Positions 15,075-29,031 of a DNA stretch of 64,000 bases are shown here, one piece after another. The DNA lies in assembly GCA_964016885.1 (NCBI GenBank), contig OZ024745.1:50716001-50780000 (forward strand). The letters are read 5' to 3'. A model generated the notes under the pieces. It did no database searches. It was not told where the DNA came from and saw nothing but the letters and a program-made list of their open reading frames with translations. The stretch is from Eledone cirrhosa (lineage: Eukaryota). The position numbers and the translations under genes are program-made. Each line of letters opens with the position of its first letter. Position 1 is the first letter of the stretch.

Positions 15075-16463
15075 AACGATCGGTCCACGAGCGTATTGAA
15101 TAACTGTAGGCACACTATTAATCGTAATAGTCACCTGCTTTAATTTTTGTCCATTTTATCTCCTTGTGAATATGAAATGTGGTGGTCAAATCAAACAATA
15201 GTTTTCTCTAAATGATCTGAGATATTCAACAGTACTCTCTTCATTTATTTTCTTGGAATGTGTGGTCACTAGTTACCTGATTTGTTGTGTAGTAAGCGAT
15301 GTTTTATATTCTTGCCATCTTTATTGTCTTCGTATTATGTTAATTTGGGATTTTGCATGCTTTCATTGCACAACCGAGTGCAGCTCTGTGCACTTGGCTA
15401 CGTTAATGGTTTTGTGATTTCTATCATATTGAAAAGCTTTACACAATGAGTGCTACTAGTATTCAGTTTCAACATTTAGAAGTCGATTTTTGCTGGAGAA
15501 ACATGGGCAGGAATGGTACCCTGAAACAAAAATGACTGGAGGGTGTAGTTAATGAGGGACATGAGGGTGGAAACATTTTATAAACTACAAGAAGAGACAG
15601 TGTGTGTCTAGTGGGTTTGGATGGAAGGGGTGAATAATTAGCTACTTTTGAGAAGCTACTGTAGTAGTTAGAATATCAATAGAGCACCTGCAGACCAGCG
15701 GTTGTAGGGAGTTTGTAACTGAGTCTTTGCTGTAGAATGACTTAGCTGAGGATGTGGTCTTGGTTATTTATGTATGTGTTAGCGATAAGATAAGAGAAAT
15801 ATTCCGTTGTGAGACTTACGTGATTTTTTTAGGCAGTCAGGAGCTGATCAGAGCTGAAGTATTTTCTAATCCTGGAGTGGAAATTTTAAGCTGAGAAGCA
15901 ATTTAAACTGTTATGATGTGGGATCGCCAAAATAACAATGAGATATTGTGAGGGTTAATACATATTTTAGCAACTTTGAGGATTTAAATTACATTTTGCC
16001 AACGACTAGGGAAAGAATGGTGATAACATTGTTTTCTCGAATCGCAACAATAATGTTTACACTTCTATTAAACGACCAATTAATTTTCTTTCCCATATTC
16101 TGTGAATATTGCAATAGGAGAGTTTATTTCTCTTCTGCTATTATTTAGCTAAAACCTGTTTGACCTTTAGCTTCAATTATAAGACGTCAGCTTTCTCTCA
16201 TATTCAAATATCAATGGAGTTAACGTCAGAGTTCATAATTCCGCAGAATTTTCAAATTTATATGCGTAATAAATCAGTATGGTGTCAAATATTGATTTTA
16301 ATGTTTTTAATATTGGCTTCCAAAAAAGGCACAGTATTGGCAAGATTCGTACAGTGTCTGATAAAATGACATTGTGGTATTTTATCTGGTGTAGAGCCAC
16401 ACAGCTCCGTAGGGAAAATTTGAATATCAATATTCAGATCAGCATTACAATGGCGCCATTCAA

Positions 16464-16530
16464 GGTACGCACGTTTTGTTGATCGTTGATGATCAAGTTG
16501 ATTATTAACGATCAACGAAACGTGCGTACC
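16464..16530. repeat. 33-bp-arm fold-back palindrome; imperfect pairing extends to ~16430-16552
   Basis: GGTACGCACGTTTTGTTGATCGTTGATGATCAA-G-TTGATTATTAACGATCAACGAAACGTGCGTACC. Confidence 0.9.
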
Positions 16531-16562
16531 GCTGTAAATCTGACCTGAATATATATATATAT

Positions 16563-16611
<49 letters not shown>

Positions 16612-16805
16612 GTATACATATGTAAATCAGTAAAACATCCTTACACTTACTTATCTATGCAGCAATGAGTATAAGCAAGAATTTATTCACATCACGGTTC
16701 ATTACATGAATGTTTGAAAAACACAATGCATGGCTACACAACCCAACCAAGCGTACACGCAGACACACAGAAACCCACACACATATTTAATATTATCATT
16801 TATAT

Positions 16806-16895
<90 letters not shown>

Positions 16896-17052
16896 AATTA
16901 ATATTACTCATCACAGTTGTGTGCTACCTAATGTTTCAAAGCCTGCCCCTGTATTTGTCATAATGTTATCTTATGGCAAATACAGGGACAGGTTTTGTGT
17001 GTGCGTGTGTGTGTGCATACACGCATACACAGCCACACAGACACACACAAAT

Positions 17053-17128
<76 letters not shown>

Positions 17129-18285
17129 GCATATATGTTCCCTTCACTCATAGATAAACCATATGAACATTCACACACTCACTGTCTTATGTGGTTAATA
17201 CATAAACCATAAAGATTTAGGTAGATGTTATTTTATAAATTTCAATCTACAGTGATTTAACAAACAAACAAAATTAATTAGATTAAAAACTTATTGAATA
17301 AACTATTTTACATTTATAGAGTTGTCTACAATATCGTATGACATTTTTAAAATAAATGTCTAACAAGACAGTGATGTAGACAAGTTTACCGTAACCATTT
17401 CAGTACCACACTGTTCCGTTTCAAATTCTAGTAGGAAAAATTGCTCTTTCATTCTTTAAGGGTGAGGACATAATTACCAGTAATATACTACTGTAGGTTC
17501 TACATAAAATCATAAGACATAATATACTTCATCAAACCAATTCGCTATACTCATGCAAATACTGTATGTGCTGTTTAGTCACGAGTAGACCCAGGTCGAA
17601 TCATATCTCGTGTAGTTAAATATAGTCAAATCATGACCACCTTGTTTATATATATGTTTTTAAGAGTTTAGCATCGACGCAAATACTCATTTTATTTTTG
17701 TCTTTTTAACAATTTGGCGTCTGGTTTGAGGAGCATTAGACTGTCATTTCTAGCAGATTGGAGACAACGTAGAGGAATATTCGTTATTATTGATGTGATT
17801 ATGCATATGAGAATATTTGCTTTTTTGTTGCTTATTCTCTGTGTGTGTTTGCTCGTGTGTTAACGCGTGTGTGTGTGTTTGTGTACTAAAGTGTAAAGAG
17901 AAGACAGAAAGAATGATAATGGGGTTAAATGGAATTATGCGCTTTGAAGAAGGATGATGGGAAAACATTCCCCCAAATGATGCCTAAATCGAGCAGCTAA
18001 ACACATGTGTGCACAGGCACACACACACATATATACGCATACGCACACACACACGCATAAAGACTCACGCACACATATACGTCCCACACAAATACGCACA
18101 TACACACATGCTGATAGTTCGATCAATAGATAGATATTGTGATAAGACGGGATGGCAGGAAAATTGAAAGTTTATATATATATCATATGCAGGTATGAGT
18201 ATTAATACATGCTTGCATTTCTGTGTTATGAATGCACTTATATGTATGTATATATTCATGCACACATACATACACACCTGTGTGC

Positions 18286-18354
<69 letters not shown>

Positions 18355-18507
18355 TGTGTGTGTGCATTTGTATGCTGAATCCCTTGGTATATGCGGGCAT
18401 ATATGCATATAAACATATATTACACAGATAAACATTAAGTCAATGTATGCGCAAAACTGAATAGCTGAACGTTGAACATATAGCAGGAAGATATATATAT
18501 GTATATG

Positions 18508-18589
<82 letters not shown>

Positions 18590-18783
18590 TACGAATATAG
18601 GTGTATACTTATACCGACATTAAAAAACAAACAAAAATACAAAACAAGCAAATTTTATCTGTTGATACACATAAACATATATTTTATATTTATAAATATT
18701 GATATTTTTCTTCATGCAATCCATATACATACTAAATCAAACATAAAGTAAAAATCTGTATTAAAAAAAATACAAAATCTTAT

Positions 18784-18932
<149 letters not shown>

Positions 18933-20093
18933 AATATACACAAGCATATGTATGCCTGAATGGTGTATATTTGGGTCTCCATATGTAATATATAACATAT
19001 GACTAACACACATACTCAAAGGTCCACACAATTATACTTATACAAATGAACACATAAAAAAACAACAAATTTTGTGAAAAATATTTTCGTTTGTAGGAAT
19101 ATTATAATGTATTGTCTTTTATTTGGAGATATTGTACTTATTTTTCTGTAAACTATGTATATATTGATGTATATCTCTTGTATATTTGTAAAAAATATAT
19201 GAAACAAAAAATGTTTGTTTGTGTTACTTTTTTTTGAATTTTCAAATTATAATAGTGACTTGATTTTTTCTTCTATAAATGTTCGATCTTTAATTGAAAA
19301 GTAATATTTTTAGGACTCACAGTGATCCAAGGATAACTATTTATGCAGAATACAGTCTATATTATAAAATCTATGACATACAATGTCGGCATCGCTTAAA
19401 CTATAACCCTCCCAATGAAGGTATTTTCACAGCCCAATGACTAAAATAGTAACAAAATAAACGAATAAAAGATTTCGAACACAATAAAAACTTCAGAATT
19501 TATTAATTATTAGTAATTTCTAAACTTAGAATAGTACTTTACTTGAAAAATGAACTCCTTAACATTTTGTATTGACATTTTCGAGGGAACAACGAAATCC
19601 AAACCAGAGAACATGAGTAATATTTTCTTTGATTTATTTATTATGTATTTCTATTTAATCCTGTATTTCTTAAGTAAAGTGATATTTGAACCAGAAAATA
19701 GCAGCGTATCACACACAGTCGACACCGGACATGACATGCAAGATATATTGGTAAGTTGTTGTTATCGTTGTTGTTCTCGTCGTCGTTGATGTTGTTCAAC
19801 CCCCAGATGAGTTCTGATAAGCATATCTATGATCAAAGCGATCTGGCCTTGACCATCCGAATTGGTTTTCAGACAATATACCCAGAACTACATATATCAG
19901 TGTTTTGAGAAAAAATCTGGTTGTTATTTCTAGTACGTCAAGCGATCAAGTAGAAGATCACTCGCTGGTTCATTTATAATGCGAATTCCAGAAATATGTC
20001 TCAGCTTTACATAATTGATGACTCAAAACCTGTGAGATATTTAACATTGTCACCACCCACATATAATGACTACTTGGATTTTATTGACGTTTG

Positions 20094-20460
20094 GTCTTCT
20101 TCTTCTTCTTCTTCTTCTTCTTCTTCTTCTTCTTCTTCTTCCCAGGAGGGTCGTGGTGGCAGATCCATCAGATATACCTTCCGGAGTGTCCTGTCAAAAG
20201 CATCCGGCTTGATCCTCAAGCGAGACCAACCGAAGTTGCTCGTGGTCTACCTTTGTGTCACTTGCCGCTTCATTTTTTTCTCGTAAAATCTATGCAGCGA
20301 TTCTTTTCTTAGATATTTTCACCACATGACCGTAGTACCGAAGCTGTAATCTCTTGGTGCGGAGAAGTAGCGGCTCCACCTGGAACAATTCCATGGCATT
20401 TTTTTTTATGAAGTCTAGGATTTCCAATAGCAGTTCCATACCAGATGTAGAGGTTCAATA
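20094..20460 (-). mobile_element. RTE-clade LINE 3' fragment with (GAA)n tail
   Basis: KRLQLRYYGHVVK and GRPRAT-like motifs typical of the RTE C-terminus, ending in a (GAA)n tail at 20094-20140. Confidence 0.7.
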
Positions 20461-20664
20461 GTTATTAGAGGTAGAAGTATTTTCTGATCCCGAAAAGGTG
20501 AATCAATACGGTTTTTACGCTTCTGATAATGTATATGCTCCACGAACGTTCCTCGGTGATCATAAAGCCTAGCATTCGGAGAATTCGCAATGTATGTTGA
20601 TATCTTTTTGGATGGGAAGTACTTGTGTTTTGAGGCGATTGAAAGAGATGCATTAGAGAGCTCT

Positions 20665-20900
20665 TTACATGCCTATGTTTGTGAAATCAATGCATGCTTG
20701 GCTTGAGGAGTTAAAATTGCATGTGAATGACACTTGGTTGGAGAAGGTTAAGAGAGAATGAAGTGTGGTATCATATGCGTAAAGGTGGGTGTTGTTGAGC
20801 TGGATGACTAATAAGTCATTGATGGGGAGAAGGCAGAGTGAAAACACCATAGTTAATAAAGTATGGGACAAGGAGAGCATCGTTATGAAAGCACTACAAT
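20665..20900 (-). mobile_element. Degenerate LINE RT core fragment
   Basis: LPINDLL...HLYAYDTTL corresponds to the FINDL...YADD motif. Confidence 0.55.
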
Positions 20901-21134
20901 AGCACAATATGATGGAAGGCTACTGATAATTATATACTTGGGATGTGGGTATGATTAGGTGATGCTCTGGGTGAATAGTAGTTTTTTCTAGGATAGCACT
21001 CTCTACCTATACGCATAAGCGGAGATTAGAGAAAGGTATCCCAAACAAATGCATGGTCCAAAATATCGGATCAGTCTGTCGCAGCTGGCGGATTGCTTAT
21101 GCAATATGATAACAAAGTTAAAGAAAATAGGAGG

Positions 21135-22269
21135 GTCGGCTAACAAAGATGCTCTCATGGAATGTGACCATATGAGGTTTATTTTTCAACATAGCCCCTT
21201 TTGCGATCCACGCATTTTTTCAAGCGGTGTTGCAATGCATGGATCCCATTGGTGAAGAAGCTTTCATTCTGTAATTTAAAAGTTATCAAAAGCAGATATT
21301 ACGTCAGCATCACTGCGATACTGATTCCCAGCCAAGCGTTGTTTCATGTTGGGGAACAAATGGTAGTCAGATGGGGCCAAATCAGGGGAATAGAGAGGGT
21401 GATCAACCAGTTCAAAGCAGCAACGCAGGACTTGTGTGCAGGAGCATTGTCCTGATGAAACAAGACCCCTTTCATCAGTTTTCCTGGGTATTGGATCTAG
21501 ATAGTTTTTCCTAACTGCCTCAGTACGTTGACATAGTACTTTCCACTGACGGTGTGGCGATGTGGCCCTTTTGCACCCCCCAAAACTGAGGCCATCACCT
21601 TCCCTGTACATGAAACGATCTTTGAAGCAGTTGAGGAAGTGTGTTTCCACTGCATGAACTGTCTCTTTGTCTCAGGCTCAAAGTGATGAATTCAACATTC
21701 ATCCAGCTTGATCTGCCTCTAACAATGTCAGATTTTCCCGTGATGTGATCAGCCTGGTGCACGTTTGACTAGATGTCAGAAGACGTAGCACCCATTTCAA
21801 TTCTTTCACGGGATAAGCTAATAGCATTGGCTATTTGATTTATAGTCAATTGCCTGTAATCCATCATCTTGTGGTGAACACGATCAATGTTTCTCTCGGT
21901 GGTGGCAGTTGCAGGACGTCCAGATCTTCGGTCACCTTCAAGACTCCCCCTTCCCCTCCTAAATTCAGCTTTCCACTGTTGCACTGTTAATAAAGCTGGA
22001 ATGTAATCCCTTAATGTAGCAACAATGTCAGCATGAGTGCTCTTGGAGGATAAACACATTTTCTGCAGGTACTTGATAACAACGACGATGCCAAGAAAAG
22101 TCACTACTAGCTACTTTTGAAATATTTTTTGAACAGTTAGATGTCAGTTTACCTGGAGGAAACAATTCAGTTATTAATAAGAAGAGTTGAAATTAATGCG
22201 CGCAGGATTTCGCAGCTCTAGCGTAATTCCTTCATAGTCAGCCCCTGAACTTCTCAGCCCACTCTAGTA
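21135..22269 (-). mobile_element. Degenerate mariner (Tc1/mariner) transposon with internal deletions
   Basis: HPLYSPDLAPSDYHLFPNMKQRLAG signature; N-terminal WKAEFRRGRGSLEGDRRSGRP. A mariner-type end (TA)CTAGAGTGGGCTGAGAAGTTCAGGGGCTGAC lies at ~22269; the other TIR is eroded. Confidence 0.9.
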
Positions 22270-22589
22270 AAACAAGGCTAGCTAAAAAAGGGCGTATATT
22301 ATAAAAGTAGCATAGAAAAGACACGCAAGAAAGAACCCTTTCCGGATTTCTCGGGAAGATTCAGCGTGACATAAAATTGCAGGTTCAACTAATTTTTGCT
22401 CAAGGACAACGCGCCACCGGGAATCAAACTCATAACCATACGATCGTGAGTCAAATACTCTAACTACTAAGTCATGCACCTTCACTAATTCGATAAAACG
22501 TACCACTTAGTCACTTACGTCAATGGAATCAACTATACCTTCCCGAACAAAAGGTGTGATCTTGTGTCAAAACTAGTAGTCAATATGAA

Positions 22590-22772
22590 ATAATTGTTTC
22601 TACTTTTAGCACAAGGCCAGCAATTATCCCAGTGTATTACTAGTACTTAATTTTATCGACTCTGTAAGGATGAAAGGCAAAGTTAACCTCGGCGGGATTT
22701 GAACTCAGATCATAAAGGGCCATAACTTTATGCTGCAAAGCATGGTGTCCGACGCTCTACTGATACTGCCAT
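22590..22772 (-). mobile_element. tRNA-derived SINE, Deu/Nin-type central domain
   Basis: Reverse-complement copy of 25533-25715. Confidence 0.85.
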
Positions 22773-25532
22773 ATAATGAAACATAATTATCAACTGAAGT
22801 CCGAGCCTAAAACGTCAATTAAATTATGCAAATGATTATACTAAACAATTTTATCTGAGCCATTGTCTATTATATCATTTAAACTCTGTATATATGTCTA
22901 AACACAAGAATAACTCCATGCGAGGAGAATGGTAAACTCGATACTATCGAAAATATTATTGGTACATATTGATTATTGAGGATTCTTTTTACCGATTATT
23001 CAGAAAAGAGCAGTAACCATAACCCTTTATTTTTGCAGGACCTCTGAAACTGGTGAGCGAAAGGAAGGAAAGTATCCTCAAGCCTGAATACCTGAAACTA
23101 AGATAATTCCGCCAAAGGTACCTAAGGGCCAGGTGGGGGTGCTAAACTAAGCGACATTTTAAGCCTACTAGCCAACAGTTCAGAAGGCCAAAAACCAAAT
23201 CAAATACTACAAGGTATTTCGTTCGATACTTTAGCAATGCCGATTAGCCATGGTCCATGACGGGTAGTTTATTTTGTGGACCGCAAAGGAATAAAATCCA
23301 ATATTGACATCCTCATAATTTAATCTCAAGGTGCAAAGAGCCGGAACAAATATCCGCAAAAGGATGTTGACCAAAGCCAAAATTAGAACGGAACTTAGAA
23401 AAGAGTAAACACTTTGATGTAGTTAATCAACTATACAACCTATTCTACGAGACCTCCTTTGAATCATTTAAATTAAAGACCATTTAGAGGAAATAGTGCA
23501 TAAAAAAATAGTCGACTATAAAAAAAAGTAGTATCTAAAACAAAACATGCGTAACAGGAGTGTATTGCAAATAAAAATGGTAAATGATTTCGAATTAATC
23601 TCCGAATATTAATTAAATACATAAACGCTTGTTCGGTACCCTTAATTTGTACTGTTTTAATTTTTTATAAATCTCTTAACCAATGTACTAATCTTCGAGC
23701 ATATGTTGAATAAAGTATATTAATGTATGGCTAATAAAGAAATCAACATCATTATTATTTGACTATTTATCACGAGCAACTTTGATGTTGCTTTGGGCCG
23801 GTTATTTAAGAGAATGCCGGGCTACAGCTAGTAACGTAGAGTAACTCCAGCTTTGTCATATCATTCCTTGTCCTTTTCCTGCTGCTGATAGTCCAGAACA
23901 CTTTTCAATATTCGGGTTGGTCTCGGTAGGCATGTCTTCCGGAGCGGTTCAATCTCAGGTGTAAAGTCTATCTTCGACAGTTAGTTTTCAAGGTTCTTTA
24001 TCGGCAAAATATAGCTATGGCTGTCCTGTTGTTCAACTGAAGTTGTTTTAACACCCATAAGCCACTTCATTCTGGGTAGGAATGATTGAGCCCTGTGGTT
24101 AGTGCGGCAGTTAAGGAGGAGCTTAGATACAACATTGATAAAGAGTGCAGGAGATGAGGGAGTTGAAAGTGTCTGGGTACAGTTGAGACGAAACCAGCCA
24201 GATTCGAGAAACCAAGGCCATTATAATGAGTAGAAAAGGAAGAGAGAGAATACAGCACATATGTGGGCTAAAGACTGGAGTTTGTCAGTAAGTGACTTTA
24301 TGCCAATCAGTGATATGTTGCGTCTAAACATTCCATCGAATAGATATATTTAAATACAGCTCACCATGCTGTAGATATACTAAAGTACAGTTGACTCAGA
24401 TTGCTAAATTACAGTAGAATAAGCGATAGAGCCACTATGTCATCTTTAAATCAGCTAGAAATAGTAGCCAAATCGCCTTCAAGTTACATTTTAAAAATGA
24501 ATGGACACATTAGATAATTTAATCCTATATACTCGTAAAAAGATTGATCTAGGATAAAACAACAACAATCAATGAAACAAACAAAAAGCGTTAACAACAA
24601 GAGCAGCAGAGCGGCGATAGTAACAGAAAAATAACAATTTTAGAAAAAAATGTGTTAGCAGAATAGGGTAGGAGTTAATTTGAAACACTTCCACGTGATT
24701 GCTTCTTTTTTTTTTCTGCTTGGAAAAGTCAGAATATTGAGAACAGTATAAATTGAGACTGAGAAATCAGAAATTCTTGACTGACTGGCTATAAATGTCA
24801 ACCACTTGATCCTCACTTGACATAAAAAAATATATAAAAAAAATATGGCTATGGTTGTCCTGTTGTTCAACTCAAGTTGTTATCACACCCATAAGCTACT
24901 TCATAAATACTTCATGTTTTTGTGTCAACATCTGATAACATTGTTAGTGCGTGAGAATACTAGTGTATGTATGCAGTGTCGGCGGCGGTGGTGGTTGTGG
25001 TGGGAGGATGAAGCAACTATTTGGTGCTTCTTTCGATTCACACATTCTATAAGCATCATTGACTTTTCTCAGGTCTTCTATTTAGCCATCGTACGAACTA
25101 TATCTATCATTATTTAGGGACACCAATCAAAAAGATATCGCCTTCTTTTCTCCTTCTTTTCAACATTCTACTCCTCTTTCTCTTCTTCATTTTTCCTCTC
25201 ATCATCATTACCACCACCACTACTATCACCACCTTGCCACCATTATTATGATGATCATTATCATGATCATCTTAAAGTGCAGTGGAAATAGTACCAAACA
25301 GTACAGCAACTAAATGCCTTGCACTATTTAGTTACATTTCTTAGTTTCAAGTTCAAATCCTATTAGATTTTTACTTTGTTTTCCTTGACACCAGATTTGG
25401 TAAAAAAAAAAAATAAAATAAATACCAGCGCTGTACAGCATTTATTTAAAAGACTACGCTTTTCCATTTAAATGTTTAACCTTTTTTTTCACTGCTAATC
25501 GACAACAGCTTCAGCAACATAAGGAACAGCAT

Positions 25533-25715
25533 GGATTGGCAGTATCGGTAGAGGGTCGGACGCCATGCTTTGACGCAACGATTTACGGCCCTTTCCATTC
25601 TGAGTTCAAATCCCGCCATGGTTAACTTTGCCTTTCATTCTTACGGGGTCGATAAAATAAAGTACCAGTAATGCACTGGGTAATTGCTGGCCTTGTGCCA
25701 AAAGTAGAAACAATT
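25533..25715 (+). mobile_element. tRNA-derived SINE, Deu/Nin-type central domain (reference copy)
   Basis: A box TGGCAGTATCGGTAG, B box GAGTTCAAATCCC, core ACTTTGCCTTTCATTCTTACGGGGTCGATAAAATAAAGTACCAG and tail GGCCTTGTGCCAAAAGTAGAAAC. At least 6 good copies plus many relics (~9720-9890, 11270-11370, 13060-13150, 23270-23350, 26280-26350, 34220-34320). Confidence 0.9.
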
Positions 25716-27184
25716 ATTTATCACCGAGGCAATTTTTGAGACCAAAGATTACAGACAATTTCCAGAATTCTTTGCCCTGGACTACCTAACTGGATGCAAC
25801 ATTCTGCTCGTTAAGTTCTGTTCACGCTGGCATGTTCAAGATGAGAAAAGAACGAGGAAAATGTATTTACAAGCTTGGAACACAGTTCTATTTTAGTACG
25901 TTCCTAACAGTCAAGCAAATCTATCATGAAGATAACCTTGTTAATTCTGGCAAGGACATGTTGAAATAGATTCTTATTGGCGTTATTGTTGTTGTTTTAT
26001 CGCTTGGTCAGGTGTAAAGGATATTGTACATTACCGTTTTCGGGGCCTCCGAAATAATTGTGAGAGAGAAAGGAAAGTGTCCTCAAACGTTAGACCTGGT
26101 CCGTATGCTTGCAATAGAGTGAACTCCACTTACAGGTACTTAAGGTCTAGGTAGTGGCATCAAAAATAGCGATGGATTAAATAAATCACCCAAGTAAGCC
26201 TCGATGGAAAATTAAGAGACACAACAGTTGCTACAGGGTATCCCTGATGTTCCAACGAGTCCATCATCTTAGAAAGACATTTTATTTATCGACCTGAAAG
26301 GATAAAAAGTAAAGTTGACCTCCTTGAGATTAGAACTCAAAATGCAAAGATTTAGATTTTTTTTTCTACACTCTTAGAATTCTGTCAATTCGCCGTCTTG
26401 TTCTTATAGTTAGTCCTAGGTTATCCTTGATCAAGCAAATCTATGAACAAGACTGTTACACCTGTGACGATAACGTCTCTTTTCTTAGGGTTGCAGAATC
26501 GTTGTGTCTAATGCATTCTTTAATTATTTAAAGCGTTAGTGCTTGTTTTGAAAGAAATTTGGTTGCTGTTTCTAATAAGTTGAGCAACCACTTAGATATT
26601 CCATCATTAATTTGACAGTCTAATTGTTTTAGAGTATTGATAAATAAACTCTTCGCTCCTAATCGGTGGGTATTTACTAATGCGGTTTGAGCATTTGTGC
26701 AGCCACACCACATTTATTATGTGCACAGTATTGTAGTGTGTGATGTCTTTGTGCTGTGCATAGTGTCAGCAGCTGTTCAGAGCTGAAATAGTTCTCTACG
26801 TTTCGAATGTAATCTTGGTTAGTTCATGTGAAGCCACTATCATTAAAGTATGTGAAGTCTTTCATTTGTAAAGAATTGGCAAGTCTATTATAAGTGATAT
26901 GACATGATAATATCTCCGAGCTTTTCAATAAAACTAAGTTATTTTGGACCAACTGCAGACTTCTGAATAAGGATATGGTATTCTGTACCTACAGCCTAAT
27001 TAAATTGTATACCGATGTTTCAGGAGACCCTAATGTTTTGGGGCTTTATTCATATTTTCTTTCTCCCTTTTTAATGAGATTAAGATTGTCAAATCTATTA
27101 ATGTTTTTTTCGATTGAGTTAATGCATGAGATATTCTCATTTTTCTTATTACATATGTAATATGTCAATGTAAAGCTGGGATAT

Positions 27185-27400
27185 TGTTAATTAACAATGA
27201 CTTCCATCATGGCATAATCCAGAGTGATTAAGAAAAGATACAATGCCAATGTGTCACCTTGAAGGACACACACTATAATTTCAAAAACTCACTATCACCA
27301 CCAGAGGAGAGTACGCGAGCTTTTGTGTTTTGTGTTTATAGCAGAAACTATAGCATCTGGTATGCTATATGCAACTAGGATTAACATAAGCTGTCCTCTG
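27185..27400 (-). mobile_element. Degenerate RTE-type RT fragment
   Basis: VLQGDTLALYLFLITLDYAM matches the GVLQGDTLAPYLF motif. Confidence 0.65.
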
Positions 27401-29000
27401 TGGATGGAGTAAACAATCTATACACGCATATATATTACATACGATCCTAACCGAGATTGAACCCACGATCAGGATCACAGCCATCTCTTAACACACCATA
27501 CCACTAAGCCATATAGAGAGAGAAAGAGAAAGGGAGAGGAAGGAAGAGAGAGAAATATGTACACATAGATAACATGAAAAACAACCGAAGCACTATTTCA
27601 GTACAGACATCAATTCGTCGAAAGATCTATCTGTTTACACTTCAAATTAACTTCTCTAAGTGCCAGGTTAACAACTTTAATCTCTTAATCACTGTAATAA
27701 ATACCATTAGTTATTTTTTTCTATATTATATGCAACCTTTTTTGTTAACACTTCTCTACTTAAACTACCATTGTAAAGAATCTCTTAACTTATATTCAAT
27801 GTTAATAATTTTGTGGTTTGTTTTCCCTGTCAAATGGTTGACATATCTCACATTATTATATTCCAGTATAGAAAAGAAAAGAATTGTGCGTTAAGAACAA
27901 CTACAGTTAAATGAAGTCCTGTGGGCATTATTATACGCATTGCTTGTAATACAGCACAGTAAATTCTAAGACCCACTTTTCATAGACGCAACAGTCTTAT
28001 ATATAATAAATACTAAATATAGTTTTTGTTCTTTATCGTTGTGATAGCTATCTTTGTTCTTTATGGTTTTAATTTCGAAATGTTATCTCAATGTTAGAAA
28101 GGCTCTGGGGACGATCTTATCTATTTAATGGTATCATTTTAAACTCATGTACACATATACATCTAATTTCTTAAAAAACTGAAAACCCCATCATCATCAC
28201 TACTGTCTCCACAGTATCACTGCATTATATGCACTATCACAACTACTATCATTGATACCTCTACAGTGGCGTTATACAACTTCCTATATTTTAGTCGATA
28301 AGACATTCATTTACCTTTTATTATCTTCAGGAGCTTTAAGCGAATGTTAAATATCTTTCCCGGTCAAACAATTTACCGTCTGCAGCTGGACACGAACTGA
28401 CGATTCTGAAGTTAAATTATTTTGTTGTTTACTTTTTGTATCTAACTTTCAGACAGGAGACAATTACACAACATTTTGAAGGATGGAATAACGCTAAGTA
28501 TGATGTTCATGCTTTTCCCACGGTTTTAGAAGTGCAAATGAGATAAATTGACGTTAACCGTAAAATGAAATCAGATGCCGGTCTCGGCTTGCTACGAAAT
28601 TACGTATTACTTACCTTAACACAGTAAGTGATATTGGCTTCTTCCTTAAGCATATAACATTTTTTAAAAATAAATAATATACTGTAGTTGATAAAATTTT
28701 ATAAGGTTCGTTGGAATTGAGCATGGGACCCTCCCCCTCCAAAAAATATGACACTCGTAAATTATTTGAAAATAAAATTAGAAGACTGCCGTAACTGACT
28801 AAATAAAATAGTCTAACAATAATGGGGCGTATAAAACTACTGAACGGAAAAATATGGATATCAACACAAGAGAGTTGAAACTACACCTGTTGTATGCCGG
28901 AGAAGTACACTACCATTACATCAATGAATCCATATATCTCCTTTTATTGTAAGGAACTTTTACTTCAATTTAGGAGGAGTATTTCAGAAATTTACCATTC

Positions 29001-29031
<31 letters not shown>

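Noticed and set aside
25533-25620. tRNA gene
   Set aside because: A and B boxes are present, but there is no cloverleaf and the sequence continues into a multi-copy SINE body.
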